The notes below the pieces were generated by a model, which was not told the DNA's origin, did no database searches, and worked only from the letters and a program-made list of their open reading frames with translations. From the human T2T-CHM13v2.0 reference genome, Homo sapiens, in NCBI RefSeq assembly GCF_009914755.1, contig NC_060933.1: a stretch of DNA of 64,000 nucleotides, one strand, 5' to 3'. Below are positions 31,764-49,880 of this stretch, piece by piece; position 1 is the first letter of the stretch; each line of letters begins with the position of its first letter. The translations under genes were made by a program, and so were the position numbers.

Positions 31764-32644
31764 CTAAAATTATGGTCAGAAGTTCTTCAAAACCCTGCTG
31801 CCTTGGTGGCAGGAATATGGCCTTAGTGTTCTTGGACCTCTGTGGCCATGAAAGATGGCTGAATAGGAATGGCAGAGTGTACCACATAGCCAAAATTAAT
31901 TTTTATGATTCCGAATGCAGACCACACCCTGTTATTTATAACATCCACAGAAATGATTCCCCAAGAACTAAGTCTAATTAAGAATTCCTGCTCATTAGCT
32001 AGTGAGAAAATAGATTGGGATGAGTCCCAGACCCCCATCCATGCCTGCAGTCAGAGGCAGGCACAGGAGAGAGAGGACAGCTCTGGTGGTCTCTGTCAGG
32101 ATGAGGAGAAAGAGCCCCAACAGCAGGTACAAATAGGTCATTCAATCAAAAAGACTCATTTTTGCAGGGGAAACTCTTAGAAGACTTCTTGTTCAATGGT
32201 GTGGGCAGAGGAAGGTTCGGAAGAATCGGTAAGGAGTGAAAGGCCCAGATACGATAGATAATTGTTGGAGTAAGTAGAATATATGCAGCCACAGCTGGAA
32301 TTTTCCATAAAGTGGGCACATGCATGATGCGAACCAAGGGTTGGGAAGGATGACTCAAGGGATACCCACCACTGCCAAAGGTTTTTGAAATTCACTTCCC
32401 ATCTGTGCTTCCCAGCCTTCCTGATAGCCCATCTTGAGAGAGTCGTTTCTTTGTAATCAGGCACTATCCCTAAGCATATTTCTTTTTACATAAATATTTT
32501 GGGAGCAGGTTTTAAAAAGCTTTTTAGAAGACATTTAGTCTGTGCCAGGTTCTTTCTTATGCATGAATTCATGCCCAAGGTCACATACCCAGTAAGTGGT
32601 CACCAGGATTGGAGCTCCTCTTACCCCATGTTCATTATTCTATA

Positions 32645-33690
32645 GCAGTAGCTTTCAAGTTATGGTCCTGGGACAACCGCAGGGGTGTGTGTGTGTGTGT
32701 ATGTGTATGTGTCCCAGAGACCCTTTCAGTGTCTGTGAAGTCAAAACTATTTTTGAGTAACACTAAGATGAGATTTGCTTTTTTTTTTTTTTTTTTTTTT
32801 TTTGAGACAAAGTCTCGCTCTGTTGCCTGTTGTCCTGGCTGGAGTGCCGTGGTGTAATATGGACTCATTTGACCTTCTAGGCTTAAGCAATCCTTCTACC
32901 TCAGGCTTGCAAGTAGCTGGAACTACAGGTGCATTCCACCATGTCCAGCTGATTTTTTTTTTTTGGTGGAGACAGGGGTTTCACTGTGTTGTCCAGGCTG
33001 GTCTCAAACTCCTGGACTCAAGCAATTCTCCTGCTTTGGCCTCCCAAAGTGCTGGGATTACAAGTGTGAGCCACCATGCCCAGCCTGGTATTTGCCTTTT
33101 AAAACACTCATTCTCTCATGAATGTATAGGGGAGATTTCCAGAGACTACATGACATGTGATATCACAACAGAGCAAATCCAGAAGCAGATTATGAGACTC
33201 CAGCTGTCTTCTATTAAGACAGATGCTAAAGAGGTTTGCAAACATTTAAAACAATGCTATTCTTCTCACTAATTTTTGGTCTGTTTGATTTGGAGTTCTT
33301 TGGGGTTCTCAATAACTTTGTTTTTTGTTTGTTTGTTTGTTTGTTTTGAGACAGAGTCTTGCTCTGTTGCCCAGGCTGGAGTGCAGTAGTGCAATCTCTG
33401 CTCACTGCAACCTCCGCCTCCCGAGTTCAAGCAATTCTCCTGCCTCGGCCTCCTGAGCAGCTGGGATTACAGGCGCCCACCACCATGCCTGGCTAATTTT
33501 TGTGTTTTTAGTAGAGATGGGGTTTCACCATGTTGGCTAGGCTGGTCTCGAACTCTTGACCTCAAGTAATCCACCCCTCGGCCTCCCAAAGTGCTGGGAT
33601 TACGGGCGTGAGCCACTGCGCCTGGCAGGTTCTCAATAACTTTGAAGTGTATAAAGCATCCTGAGACCAGAATGTTTGAGAAGCACAGCT
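32645..33690. mobile_element. Charlie1-derived DNA element interrupted by a (GT)n tract and two minus-strand Alus (32778-33087, 33318-33626)
   Basis: Charlie1-type gatttccagagactacatgacatgtgat...ccagctgtcttctattaag. Second Alu has TSD GGTTCTCAATAACTTTG. Confidence 0.75.
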
Positions 33691-34272
33691 CTGCAGCCCA
33701 GTTAACTGTGCTGCCTATCTATCTTCATCAGAGTGCTGGCTTAGTTCATTTTTCTCTGAGACAGCTGGTGAAGAGAGGCTCTGAGACTGGGAGAGGGGTG
33801 GGGAGAAAGGTGGTCTCTACCCATAGAGAATGCAAACTTCAAAGATGAAAAGGTAAAATGAAGATCCTTCTCCTTGAAGGAGAGGGCACCCAGAGGGGAG
33901 TCCACGAGGCACTAGGAACAAGATTTTTCTCCTTGCCCAGGATTAGTAATTGTATATTACAGTGTAGCGTCAGGAACCAAGACATGATTTAGAAGACTCG
34001 CTTTAGCAAAACCACTTATCAATGATGTTACCTGGGCAAATAGCTCACACTTGCTGAGCTTGACTTGGTTTTCTTTGGCTGAGAAAGAAAAAGATTAGAC
34101 TAAATCAGGATTTCCAACTCAATATTGTGATAAATAATAGATAATACATATAGCAGTAAAGATAAAATAGTAGGTAGGGTAGAAAATTTTATAAATATTT
34201 AATAAAAAATTAAGAGAGATTTAGCATTGTCTCCTGTTACAACGCCACTGTACTCACATGAGTTTGATGTGC

Positions 34273-34579
34273 TTTCTTTCTTTTTTTTCTTTTTTTTGAG
34301 ACAAGTTCTCACTCTGTCACCCAGGCTGGAGTACCGTCGTGTGATCATGGCTCCTTGCAGCCTTGACCTCCCGGGCTCAAGTGATCCTCCCACCTCAGCC
34401 TCCTGTGTAGCTGAGACCACAGGTGCATGCCACCATGCCTGGCTAATTTTTATATTTTTTGTAGAAACAGAGTTTTGCCAGGTTGCCCAGGCTGCTTTCA
34501 GATTTCTGGGCTCAACCTATCTGCCCACTTTGGCCTCCCAAAATACTAGGATTATGGGTGTGAGCCACCTTGCCCGGCC
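34273..34579 (-). mobile_element. AluJ
   Basis: TSD GATGTGCTTTCTT. Confidence 0.92.
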
Positions 34580-35829
34580 AGATGTGCTTTCTTGAGTGGG
34601 ACTACAGCTAGCACAAAATGGCTTAGCCTAGGGACAGTTAATCATTGTGGCAGATAAGAGAGATATTGGAAGTCGATGACTTGGTAAGGGTTTTTTTTTT
34701 CCCCCAGCTCAAAATCTCTAGAGGTCTAAAGCAGTGTTCGGTTCCTAGCCTGTTGACACATAACCTCAAAGAACGGAGAGACCTACTTAGAAGAAGGGTC
34801 AAGAATTATCAGACTTTCTAGCTGCGTAGACCTGAAATTATTCTCAACTCTGCCACTTGATACGGTGTGTCCTTGAGCAAGATATATAGTCTCTCTGGAA
34901 AAAGAGATATATCTAATAATGCCCACCTCACAGGGCTGTTGTAGCTGTTTGAGGAGAAAACGTGTCAAACTGGCTGACTTGTAGTCAGCCCTCAATAAGC
35001 ATTGGCTGCCTTCTCTTTTCTCAAAGTGGGCAAGTAGAGAACTGAAAGACATGGAAAAGGTTAGTTTTTCGGGGGGTGCCTCTTAATGAATGGGAGGACT
35101 GCCTCTGAGGGGTGAGGTTTGAGTACTTAGATGCTCTGTAGCAGGGAAAGCAATTTGGTAATTCTGTAACCTGAAGCCGAGTAGGTCTGGAGAAGCCAAT
35201 TTGGTGGCCTGTTCCTTCCTGGAGGCCACAGGAAACATGTCCTCACTCATATCTGCTCCCCTGGGTCCCATTTCCTGGGAGACATGATGGATGAGCCACA
35301 GCCAGCAAAGACTTTGTCCCCCATTTATCATCTTCTGGATTGCTTAGTGGATCCATTTGCTTTCCAACAGGTGAGTCGGATGAGATGGATTACTTGTTGT
35401 CAAAACAGTAAGTAATGGAAAGTTGTGGTCATTCTTTTGAGATGTAGAGTGGGAAACATTTAAGCATTTCAACTTAGCTTAACAGCAAGCTCAGGAAATA
35501 GACATTTATGGTTCCAAATCTTCCCTTTCCTACCTGTTTTACTTATTGATTTTAAAATTACCACCCAAAGTGCCTTATTCAGGTTGATTTTTTATTGTTT
35601 TCTTGGCACAGAAGTATTTGGAGAAGGTAAACACTGACTAAAATTAAACATGGCAGTACTTTGTACAAATAAATATGGTAAACAGAGATGTGAGAAAATG
35701 CCACTGGGATTCATTGGTTAGTCTGATTAAATGAGCTCCAGTTGAAGTGCTTCTCTTTGGCAGCCCAGAGTTCAAAGAATGACAAAATCCCACACTCAGG
35801 CTTTGCATCCGTTGTGAGAGGCAGAGGAG

Positions 35830-36050
35830 TGGGAAAAGCCTAGGCTTTGGAGTTCAAGAGACCTGGGTTTGAATTTGAGTTTCCCTCCTTACTACGTGTG
35901 TGACCCTGGAAATACCTTTTAACTATGCTGAGCCTTCATTACCTCATCTAGTTGGAGATAACAAAACCTACTTTGTAGAGCTGTTTTGAAGATTAGACAC
36001 AAAGAATATAAAGTGTCTTGCAATTACAGATACATGATAAATGGTAGCTC
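35830..36050 (+). mobile_element. MIR (a second copy at ~34830-35010)
   Basis: ggctttggagttcaagagacctgggtttgaat...tgtgtgaccctgg. Confidence 0.75.
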
Positions 36051-36512
36051 AGAAGTTGATAATTATGTCTGTAGTCTGTGTAGATAAATTCAGTATGCCT
36101 AGTTTAGCCAGAGCTATTTACGCTGTAGAGCTGTTTCAAACTCCTACTTTATATACCTTATGATTTTGAGTTCTGTCCTCTAGCCTGGCCGAAATTTACT
36201 AGGCTTTTGGAAAAGTTAACAAGTTAATGGACTGGCTTAACATATATAGTCACAAGCTGCATAAGTGTCCCTATGAAGAAAGTATATCAATAGTTGTAAA
36301 AGCATTTGAACATATGTACATTGTATAAGCATAAGATTAATTACAGGTAGCTTATGATGGAGACTGTACAGGAAGGCCCACCAGAGATTAAATCTGTGCA
36401 GTTTTTCTCTATGTACAGGTGCCAGAAATGACTTTGGATCATTGAAGGTAGAAGTGTGGGGGTATAGATACTGTAGAATCACTTGGGGAGATACTCTTAG
36501 AAGGGCACATTG

Positions 36513-37416
<904 letters not shown>

Positions 37417-37439
37417 TGTTTTTTTTTTTTTAAAGGGAC

Positions 37440-38173
37440 ACAAAAGAGTTCAATCATAAAAGGACAGTTGAGAATGCAGAGAAGATCCAAATGGCCAAAA
37501 ACAAGAGAAAAGATGCTAATTAGTGATCAGAAAAAAGCCTTAAGACACAATGAAATACCATTTTATACTGTCTACAAGTCTAAGGTTAAATAGTCTGACC
37601 ATATCAACTGACAATATGGAAAGAAGCAAAATGTCACACACAGTGGGAAGGAACGTAATTTGATAAACTATTCTGGAAAATTTTGCTTAATCTAATGAAG
37701 TTGAAGACACACTTATCCTAGTACTCAGAAATTCCAGTCATAAGGACAGACCCAACAGAATCTTCATTATTTTTAATAGCCTCTAACTGGAAACAATCCC
37801 AATGTCCAGTGAACTGTGGTATAATTACACACTGATACTACATTTCCATGTTAATGATCATGCTATAGTTAGTCTAAACAACATCGATGAGATTCATACA
37901 CATAATATTATTCCAATTACATAAAGAGAACTCAATTAAACTTTAGGTTTTCAAATATGTATATATAAGCAGTAAAGTCCTGAAGAAAGAAAGGAGGTGG
38001 TTACCATAAACACAGTAGTCTGCTGGAGTTGAGACTGTGCTGTATCAGGAGAGTTGACTGTAGCATCTCAACCCAAATCTCTGTTGGTAGCTTGGAATCA
38101 GCCACAGTTGGAATAGTTACATCAAGGAAATCAGCAAGCATTATAGTCTGAGAGGTTTTTTTTTTGTTTGTTT

Positions 38174-38205
<32 letters not shown>

Positions 38206-38750
38206 AGAAAGGGTTGTTAAACACTTACCAGCACCCCATTGCATAAAAGTCATGACAATGATTACCTTTATTTATTTATTTTTTTGAGACAGGGTCTCGC
38301 TCTGTCACCCAGGCTGCTGTGCAGTGGTGTGCTCTTGGCTCACTGGAGCCTTAACTCCCTAGGATAAAGCCATCCTCCCACCTCGCTCTTCTGAGTAGTT
38401 GGGACTACAGGCTTGTGCCACTGTGTCCTGTTAATGTTTTTATATTTGTATAGAGACAAGGTCTCCCTGTGTTGACCAGGCTGGTCTCAAATTCCTGGGT
38501 TCAAGTGATCGTCCCACCTCAGCCTCCCAAATTGCTAGGATTACAGGCATGAGCGACTGTGCCTGGTAATGGTTACCTTTAAAGGAGATAATAGTTATTG
38601 GGGACAGGTATAATTGGGTCTTCTCAGATGTTGGAACTCATTGGGCTTATTAGCCAGACCTTTATTTACATAGATTTTCCCATATGTGTTACATGTCACA
38701 ATAATCAGTTTTTTAATATAAGTGCAATAAGGCAAGAAAAATAAACTGAA
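37440..38750 (+). mobile_element. L1ME-type 3' fragment interrupted by a MER63-like element (~38015-38241) and a minus AluJ (38267-38565)
   Basis: aactggaaacaatcccaatgtcca...gaactgtggtata is L1. gttgttaaacacttaccagcaccccattg is a MER63-like end. Confidence 0.65.
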
Positions 38751-39249
38751 AAAAGAAGGGTGAGTGTGGACAGGGAGTATCATCAGTCTCACTCTATTTA
38801 GTTATAAAGGAAAACCTGCCTGCTCCTTAGTGTGGGTCTTTGGGAAAAGAACAAAGTCAGTTTCCTCATGGAATCCATGAGGTGGAAGTTGCTGGAACTT
38901 ATTGTGAAATTAGCCCTCCTAGGGAGGCTGATGTGCTGAGTCTGCATATGTGAACCTGAGAATTGAACTGGGAGCATAGGGGAGGGGCACTCAGAGCTCC
39001 ACTTATCACTGATAGGCTGGAATTGGCCTCTTTTTTGGAATACAGCAGCTTGTTCAAGGATTTGGATCCAAGTGGCACCATCTCAAAGTGGACCAGAACC
39101 ATTAGGGTTGTGCAGGGACTGTCTTCAACAGTGACACTGAGTGACAAGAAGAAGCAATGGCAGTAGTGGACTGCTCAGACCTCATGCTAACCTCATTTGA
39201 ATGTGAAAGTAGAACTGACATTTTTGGATTAATTCCAGAAGGGAAGGGG

Positions 39250-40770
<1,521 letters not shown>

Positions 40771-41952
40771 AAGAGGGAGCAGAGAGACTCAAGGGGAGAC
40801 AGTGGACTTCCAACTCACAAGATGTGAGGGTTCAAAGGATTCACTGGAAAAACGAAGAGATGAGACAATAGTGGTAGTGTGTGTTTGTGAAACAGCAGCT
40901 CGTGGTTCAAAAAATAGCAGACGAAGCTTGTTCATGTATAAAATCCAGTGTGAGTGAGAGTTACGTGTCAATCCCATAAAGTCATAATGAGAAAGGCCAC
41001 TTGCGAAAATAGGGGTGGCTTCCTTGTCAACAGACAGCCCTTTAGGGGTTAGAGGCAGGGACTTTGATCTCAAGAGAAACTGAGATCACTGACAAGACTC
41101 AGTTCATCTTCATGTGAAGGCAGAGCTTACCATTGGAGGTTTGGTTTACAGGAGACTTGGAAGGTGCACAGACTGTTCATATTGCCTTCGTCGGGAATAG
41201 TTTGATGTGCTTAATTCAGGATCTTACTGTCTCTACCTCAGTGCATTTGTTCAACAGCTGTGGAGGAGGATGGGCGAGGGCTTGCTGCTCACAATACCAT
41301 GGCTCAGCTGTCAGCCTGATTTCTTCTAGAGACAGATGTTCCAAAAATGATCGTGTATTTTCTGTTTTGGCAGCCTGCATGCAGTCTCAGGGCTTTAGAG
41401 ATGGAGGCGCAATCATTTCTTAACCTGGGGTACGTAGATTCTTCCCTTGGTGACTGTGGATGAGTTTAGGGATTGCATGAACCCTTTTAAACAGTCTTTC
41501 AAATCTCAGCTTTCTTTTTCTCTCTTAGAAAGGATTTCTAGTTTTCAGCAGATTCTGATAAATAGTTGTAACCTGAGAAATTTAGAAGCCACGGATCTGA
41601 TTCAACCTCTAAGCCCCATTTAAAAGATAGAGAAACTGAGAGGAAAAAACTGATTAGGAAAAAAAAAATCAGTTATTAAAATTTTTGGAATGTCTGTGTA
41701 CTTTGTAGAATTGACCTGATTTTCTGCCACTGCAGACTGAGCTAATGGCCCAGTAAAATGGGTTGAATGAAACAGAGCCACTAGGGAGCTTTTGCTGTCA
41801 GCATAGAAACCCCAAATAGCAGAGACAAGTCTGGTTGAAATCCCTAAGAAAGGAAGCAAATTTAGGAACAGCCCCTGCAGTATCTAGAAGCCAGCAACAT
41901 GGGGGAGACCAGTTAGGTTCTTTTGCCTGGATTACATAGGGACAAGCTTTGC

Positions 41953-41971
41953 AAAAAAAAAAAAAAAAAAG

Positions 41972-42042
<71 letters not shown>
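41953..42042. repeat. Compound microsatellite A18-(TA)9-(GA)~27
   Basis: Directly visible. Confidence 0.97.
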
Positions 42043-42046
<4 letters not shown>

Positions 42047-43111
42047 ATGGAAACAAATTCTACCCCTCCACCTACATCATTCTTCTCCACATAGCCCTTC
42101 CACCCCTGTTTCAATAAACAACAACGAAACAAAACAAAACGAGAAGTGGATCCCTTGGCAGAACTGACACAAAAAAGATCAGTTTTTTTTTTTCTGAAAT
42201 AGAGAAAGCACTTTATTTGATGAAGCATTGCTAGGCTTACCAAATAAGATAAGACAGAACGGATTCTTTAAATTATACATTGAGAATGATAGGGGTGGGT
42301 GTGGGGGTGGAGAATAAATATAACCAAGAATAATGCCATGTAAATAATTTTTGAGAGGCTTCAAGCATCTTGGGTGCCCAATGGAAGGGACTGGTGAGTC
42401 CGGAGGCCACCTCTGCTCCCAGTTGTGGTATCTCTGGGTCATGTGGGATGCCACACTTTTCCTCCAATCTTCCTGTCACCTTCTCTTGCTTGATTCAGGG
42501 GCCTCCAGTGGAGCACCCTATTAGGAGCATCTTCCCATGACAAAGTTAGCTTTGATGCCAAGTTCTAAATATTTCTTAGGGGACATCTGTTGGATATATA
42601 TATATATATCTGTTCCTGCTAGATTGGGAACTCACTGAGGGCGTATTCAGACATACCACATGGGGGAAAAATACCTTGGTGGGCAAAGCATTTGGGGCCA
42701 TGGTCCCCAAAACACTTTTCAGCCCAGATTTAATTTTGAGTAAAAGGTCCCATGTATCTTCTGCCTCAGCCTTCTGTCTACTTGCCACTGTTTGGGCAAA
42801 GAACCATTATTCATTTGTTCATTCATTCAATTCGTCACTCATTTGTTTTATAATTCATGTATTCACTCATCCATTCAGCAAATGTTTATGAGATTGCAAT
42901 TGCAATATACAATTGCACACTCACCAGACTATTTCTGTGACCTACATTTGAGACTAGAGACTTCAGAGTCATCTTTAACTTTTCTCTTTCCATTGGTTGT
43001 ATCTACTCTCACCCCATTGTGTCTGCCTAACTGATCCTTCCTGCTATATTTAACCCATTCTATGGCCCTTTTACTCCATTAGCAAGTCTTGTCTCTTTCC
43101 CATTTTCGCTT

Positions 43112-43955
43112 TGAGGGGAAAAAGCACAAACCATTTTTCCTCTGCTCTCACACCACAACAGTCAACACAGAAGACATCTGTGACCAGATGTGTGGAAGTT
43201 TTCCCCCCTACACCAGGCAAGCAATCAGTTCTGCAGTGGCCACCAGCTGGGTGTCCTCTAATTCAATTCAATTCTGACACTGTCTACCTGGAGATAGTGT
43301 CAGATCCCACAGGTTGAGGGCCCAGTCTCCAAGACTGCCCCCACACTCTGTTCCTGATGCCAACCACAAGCTCCAGGTTGTTTTCCCTGTGCTTCTGACT
43401 GACTGGCTACAAATCTGGGTGCCCACAATTCCCTCCCTGGGTTTGATTGATTTGCTAGAGTGGCTCACAGAACTCAGGGAAACACTTTACTTACATTTAC
43501 TGCTTTATTATATTACAAAGGATACCAATGAAGAGATGCATAGGGTGTGGGGCGAGAGGGGTGTGGAGCTTCTTTGCCCTCCTTGGGCATGTCACCCTCC
43601 AGGAACCTCCAGGTGTTCTGCTATCCAGAAGCTCTCCAAACCCTGTCCTTTTGGGTTTTTATGGAAGCTTTATTAAGTAGGCTTGATTGACTAAATCATT
43701 GGCCATTGGTGATCAACTTACCTTCAGTCCCTCTCTCTTCCCTAGAGGTGGGGGAGGCTGGAGCTGAAAGTCCCAACCCTCTAATCATACCTTGTTTTTT
43801 CCAGTGACTAGCCCCCATTCTGCAAATACTTAGGGGCTGCCAACCATCAGTCAGCTCACTAGAATATGAAAAGGTGTCACTTTGGAGATTCTAAGGATTT
43901 TAGAAGTTGTATGCTAGGCAATGGGGTCAAATAACAAATATTTCACAGTATTACA
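43112..43955. mobile_element. MER21-type solo LTR
   Basis: caattctgacactgtctacctggagatagtgtcagatcccacaggtt hallmark. TG...CA ends, near-TSD CGCTT/GGCTT. Confidence 0.85.
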
Positions 43956-44594
43956 GGCTTCCTCTATCATTTCCACTTTCAGGTCATCTTTAGCTTTTAC
44001 CTAGTTCAAATTTTCCTTAGCTCATATCTAGAGCATTCCACTTCCAATATGTTGGCATATGCTCCAGTCACAATAAATCTCTCACCTGTCTTCCAGCGCT
44101 CTGTTGTGTTTTCATGCCATTGTGATTCTTGTTGGTCATGCTATACTACTTTTCCTGAAATCTCTTCCCTGCTCCCTCTTTTCTGCTTCTTGAAATTCCA
44201 CTCATTCTTCAAGGCCAACATATTTGAGCTCAAATATCACCTCTTCTGAGAAGCCCCTCCAAGCTTTCTTTCAACCCTTCTTTCCAGTTATTGCAAATTT
44301 GAATGTACATTAAAAGTACACTCTGTAATCTAGAGGACTCTGTTTATATAATCTGTTAATGGTGCTTTGAAAAGTTTGATTCGTATGGTAACATATGTGT
44401 TTCTACCAGATTGGGAATTTGTTGAGGGCAGGAACTGTCTATTCATTTATTTCTTCATTCATGCTATTTGCAGGCACTAAGCTAGGGACCAGGGCTCTCA
44501 CTGTCTGGCTGGGAGATAAACAGGTGAACTTACCAGTATTGCGTAGAAGGACAATTGCTGTGATAGAGGACAAATGCAACGCTTGATGTGTTGT

Positions 44595-45285
<691 letters not shown>

Positions 45286-45634
45286 TTGGTCAGGAAAGGA
45301 AAGTTCATTGTGGTAGGCTGGAGAATGCTTCATAGAGGCAGAGTTGTGAAGGCAATGTATCCTTTAGTTGTGACTTGAAGGATATACTGTCTTATTTTAT
45401 TAAATCTAAGCACATTGTTTTTTACATCCTGAATCCAGGATATAATTTTTGATCAATGTATACATTTAATGTGGCAATATTTCTGTCTTCCCAAATCTGG
45501 TATTATTTTGGTGGTGTTTCTTATAGTCGCTGACATCTTAGTATTAAAAAGATATAGTAGACTTAGAGTCTGTGGTTGCACAAAATTAGACACCAACGTG
45601 ATTTTTTAAAAACGTGAAGGTGGGGAAGGGGTTC

Positions 45635-46118
45635 ATTACTTCCCTATTGCTGCTATAATAAAACACCAGAAACAGTGAATTAAAATAACACATATTTATT
45701 CTCTTACAATTCTGAAAGTCGGAAATCCAAAATGAGTTTGAAGGAACTAAAATCAAGATATCTGTGGTTCCAGTTACTTTTGGAGACTCTAGGAGAGGAA
45801 TGCATTCCTTGTCTTTTCCAGCTTCTGGAGGGCTCCTGTATTCCTTGGCTTGTGGCCACATCCTCCATCTTTACATTGTATTACTTCAATCTCTGCTTCT
45901 CTTGTCACATAGTCTACTTTCTGAATCTGATTCCTCCTGCCTCACTTTTACAAGTCTCTTGTGATTACACTGGACCCATCTGGAGAATCCAGGATCATCT
46001 ACCCATCTCCAGATTCTTAATCACATTGGCACAATCCCTTTTGCCATATAAGGTAACATTCACAGATTTTTGAGGATTAGGACATGGACATCTTTGGGGG
46101 CCATTATTCAGCCTACTA
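45635..46118 (-). mobile_element. MLT1C/D-like LTR
   Basis: ttccttgtcttttccagcttctggagg...gattaggacatggacatctttgggggccattattcagcctact. Confidence 0.85.
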
Positions 46119-46856
46119 AAGAGAAAATTTATTTTAAAGATACTGATATGGCTTTAGACATCAAAGGTGAGATGATAGCCATGTTCCAGGAAGAGCCTAG
46201 AAACTTCGTTTTATGTATCTGCCCCGTCTCTGTGTCTTTATTAATTTCTGTATTTTTTGGCAGACTGACTTCTTCTGCAAGTCAGCCAGTATGTAGAAAC
46301 ATGATTGCTGACAATTCCTGAGACTATAAGTTATGGTTTCAATACCCGGAATTGCTCAGCTCTCTCAACTCTATTCCAGATCCTCAAAGAAAAAACTCTG
46401 ATTGGTGTTCTTGGGTCAATGCCTCCTTCTCTAAGGGTGTAGCCAAAGGTATAGAGCTCTTCCATATTGCACAAAATGACTGCCAGCAAGGAGGCATTTC
46501 AAGTCATGCTCATACACTGAAAAATAGTCCTCTATGAAATATGACTAATTGTTCACCAGGAAATTGAGTAAGAGGCTGACATTTCACACAGAAGGTACTA
46601 GCACTTAGTCAAGTGTTTTTCAAATTGTGGATATCCAAGAAATATTTCCTGAATTGAGTTGTGAAATTTCTCCAAAGTGTCTTTTAATCTATAAGGTTTT
46701 ATCACCTGGAGCCTGGAATCCTGCAATTAGTCTCACTGTACCTACCCTCTCCCTTGCCATGCCATAATGTTACAGCCCACATTTTGGACCAGAATTTTTC
46801 AGTCGCTTTCTTTTCATCACAGAATAACGTTCAAACCATTGATGTATAAAATGATG

Positions 46857-47233
<377 letters not shown>

Positions 47234-47340
47234 TTAAATGAATATAAGGGATTGCCATACTTTCCGGCAAATCTCCAATGTGAATCCTCCGCTCTGGTTA
47301 GGTTGGTTTCCAACTGGAGCCCAGGCATTTGTCTCAATTA

Positions 47341-47647
<307 letters not shown>

Positions 47648-48482
47648 TGCCTCAATTATTCTTGCGGCTACACCTTTGTTTTTGCCTGGGACTCCAGGCT
47701 TGGAAATGCCAGACTCTACCTCCTGGCTTCTTTAGTCTTGCCCGATTCCTTCAGGTCCTTCTAGGCTACAAATGTTCATTCTTTCCTTTTATTCTAAGAA
47801 GATTTTGAGTCTGTTCTACACAGAGTCTCAGAGCAGATTTTTTAGTCCAATTTCCAACCCAAATGTGGGAAACCATCCATACGCTGCCTTTCTGGTGGCT
47901 ATTTTGCTTCTACTTGAATAGTTTTAGTGTTGATGAGCTAAACTTAGGCTGCTTGTCCCCATTTTTTCAACAGCTCTAATTAAATAACTAAAACATGTAA
48001 TTATCTTTTTAGTCATGACTGTCTTGCTTTTTTAATAAAATTTTCAGTTCTTCTAGAGGAACAAAGTAGCTGCTCAAAAGGCATTGATTATATTTATGCC
48101 TAAAATTATAATTTCCCAACATTAATAGTTAAACCATTGCTACCATTTTTATTTTCTTTTATTCCAGCTTTACCATACCTTGGAGAAGATGACCTGCCAT
48201 TATAAGGCTTATGATTATTGTCACAATACCTACAACAGGTTTCTGAGGAGAAAGAAAGCAAAGAAAATCCTCCTGGTTCATGTCTAGTGATACTTGCATT
48301 AATTTTACTTAGGTCACTTTAGGTTGCCCTTACACAGCATTTGAATTTTTGTGAAAAAAAAGTTCTGTTGCAAAAATTTTATTCTCTTCTGTGATATTCT
48401 TTTGGACTTTTACTATTCATATGCAAATACATCCATAATCTATATGCCTGGTTTAATTTTTACAAAAATTGATATTAGAACA

Positions 48483-48835
48483 TGCTATGGTCTGAATGTT
48501 GGTGTCACCTTAAAATTCACGTTCGAAACTAATAGTGTGATAGTATTAGGGATCTTTGGGAAGTGATTAAGTTATGAAGGCTTCACCATCACGACTGGGA
48601 TTAGTGTCCTTTTAAAAGAGGCTCAAGGAAGCTCCCTTGCACCTTCCCCCATGTGAGGCTGCAGGAAGGTGCCATCTGTGAAGCAGAGAGCAAGCCCTTA
48701 CCAGACACCGAGTCTGCTGGTGCCTTGATCTTGGCCTTCCCAGCCTCCAGAACTGTAAGCAATAAGTTTCTCTTTTTATAAATTAATCACCCAGCCTAAG
48801 GTATTTTGTTATAGCAGCCCAAATGGACTGAGACA
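48483..48835 (+). mobile_element. MLT1A-like LTR
   Basis: tgctatggtctgaatgtt...gcagcccaaatggactgagaca. Confidence 0.88.
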
Positions 48836-49129
48836 GACCATATATGCTTCTCTGTACTTCTTTTTAAATAGACTTAAGAATATAGCAATGACATCTATGT
48901 CAATACACAAAATTTAATTATTTTTAATCATGTATCATAATCAGTTATTTTCTCCTGTTGACCAACACATATGTTGTTTCCAGTTGATTCTTGTATTCTG
49001 ATTCCTTTACCTTAAAAGAAATTAAAATTGTAAAAGACCACTACATTTCCACTCACAAATTCACCCACTGTTATGGGCTGAATTTCATCCTCCCAGTACA
49101 TGTAGGGGCCATCCAGGTAATGCTCTGAG

Positions 49130-49730
<601 letters not shown>

Positions 49731-49874
49731 GCTCACCGGAACAAGTAATTTGTGGAGCCCTAGGCAATTATCTCTACTCCAAAAGTTCTTAGGATGAGGA
49801 TGGTGAAGATTAGATGGCAGCAAATAAGTGCACAAAGAAGTCCAAGTCATGTTTTAAACTACTGAGTTTTTTTT

Positions 49875-49880
49875 TTTATT
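49875..49880 (-). terminator. Distal poly(A) signal AATAAA of TRPM3
   Basis: The minus strand reads tcTGTAacaaatgttttgcAATAAA...ctcagtag...cttctttgtgcacttatttg: upstream UGUA, hexamer, downstream U/GU-rich element. Confidence 0.75.

Noticed and set aside
32775-33272. 165-aa ORF and the many similar [24 protein letters not shown] ORFs
   Set aside because: Translations of Alu sequence.
42292-42310. G-rich tracts (also ~1191, ~13470, ~33788) as G-quadruplexes
   Set aside because: None has four clean, separate G3 runs.
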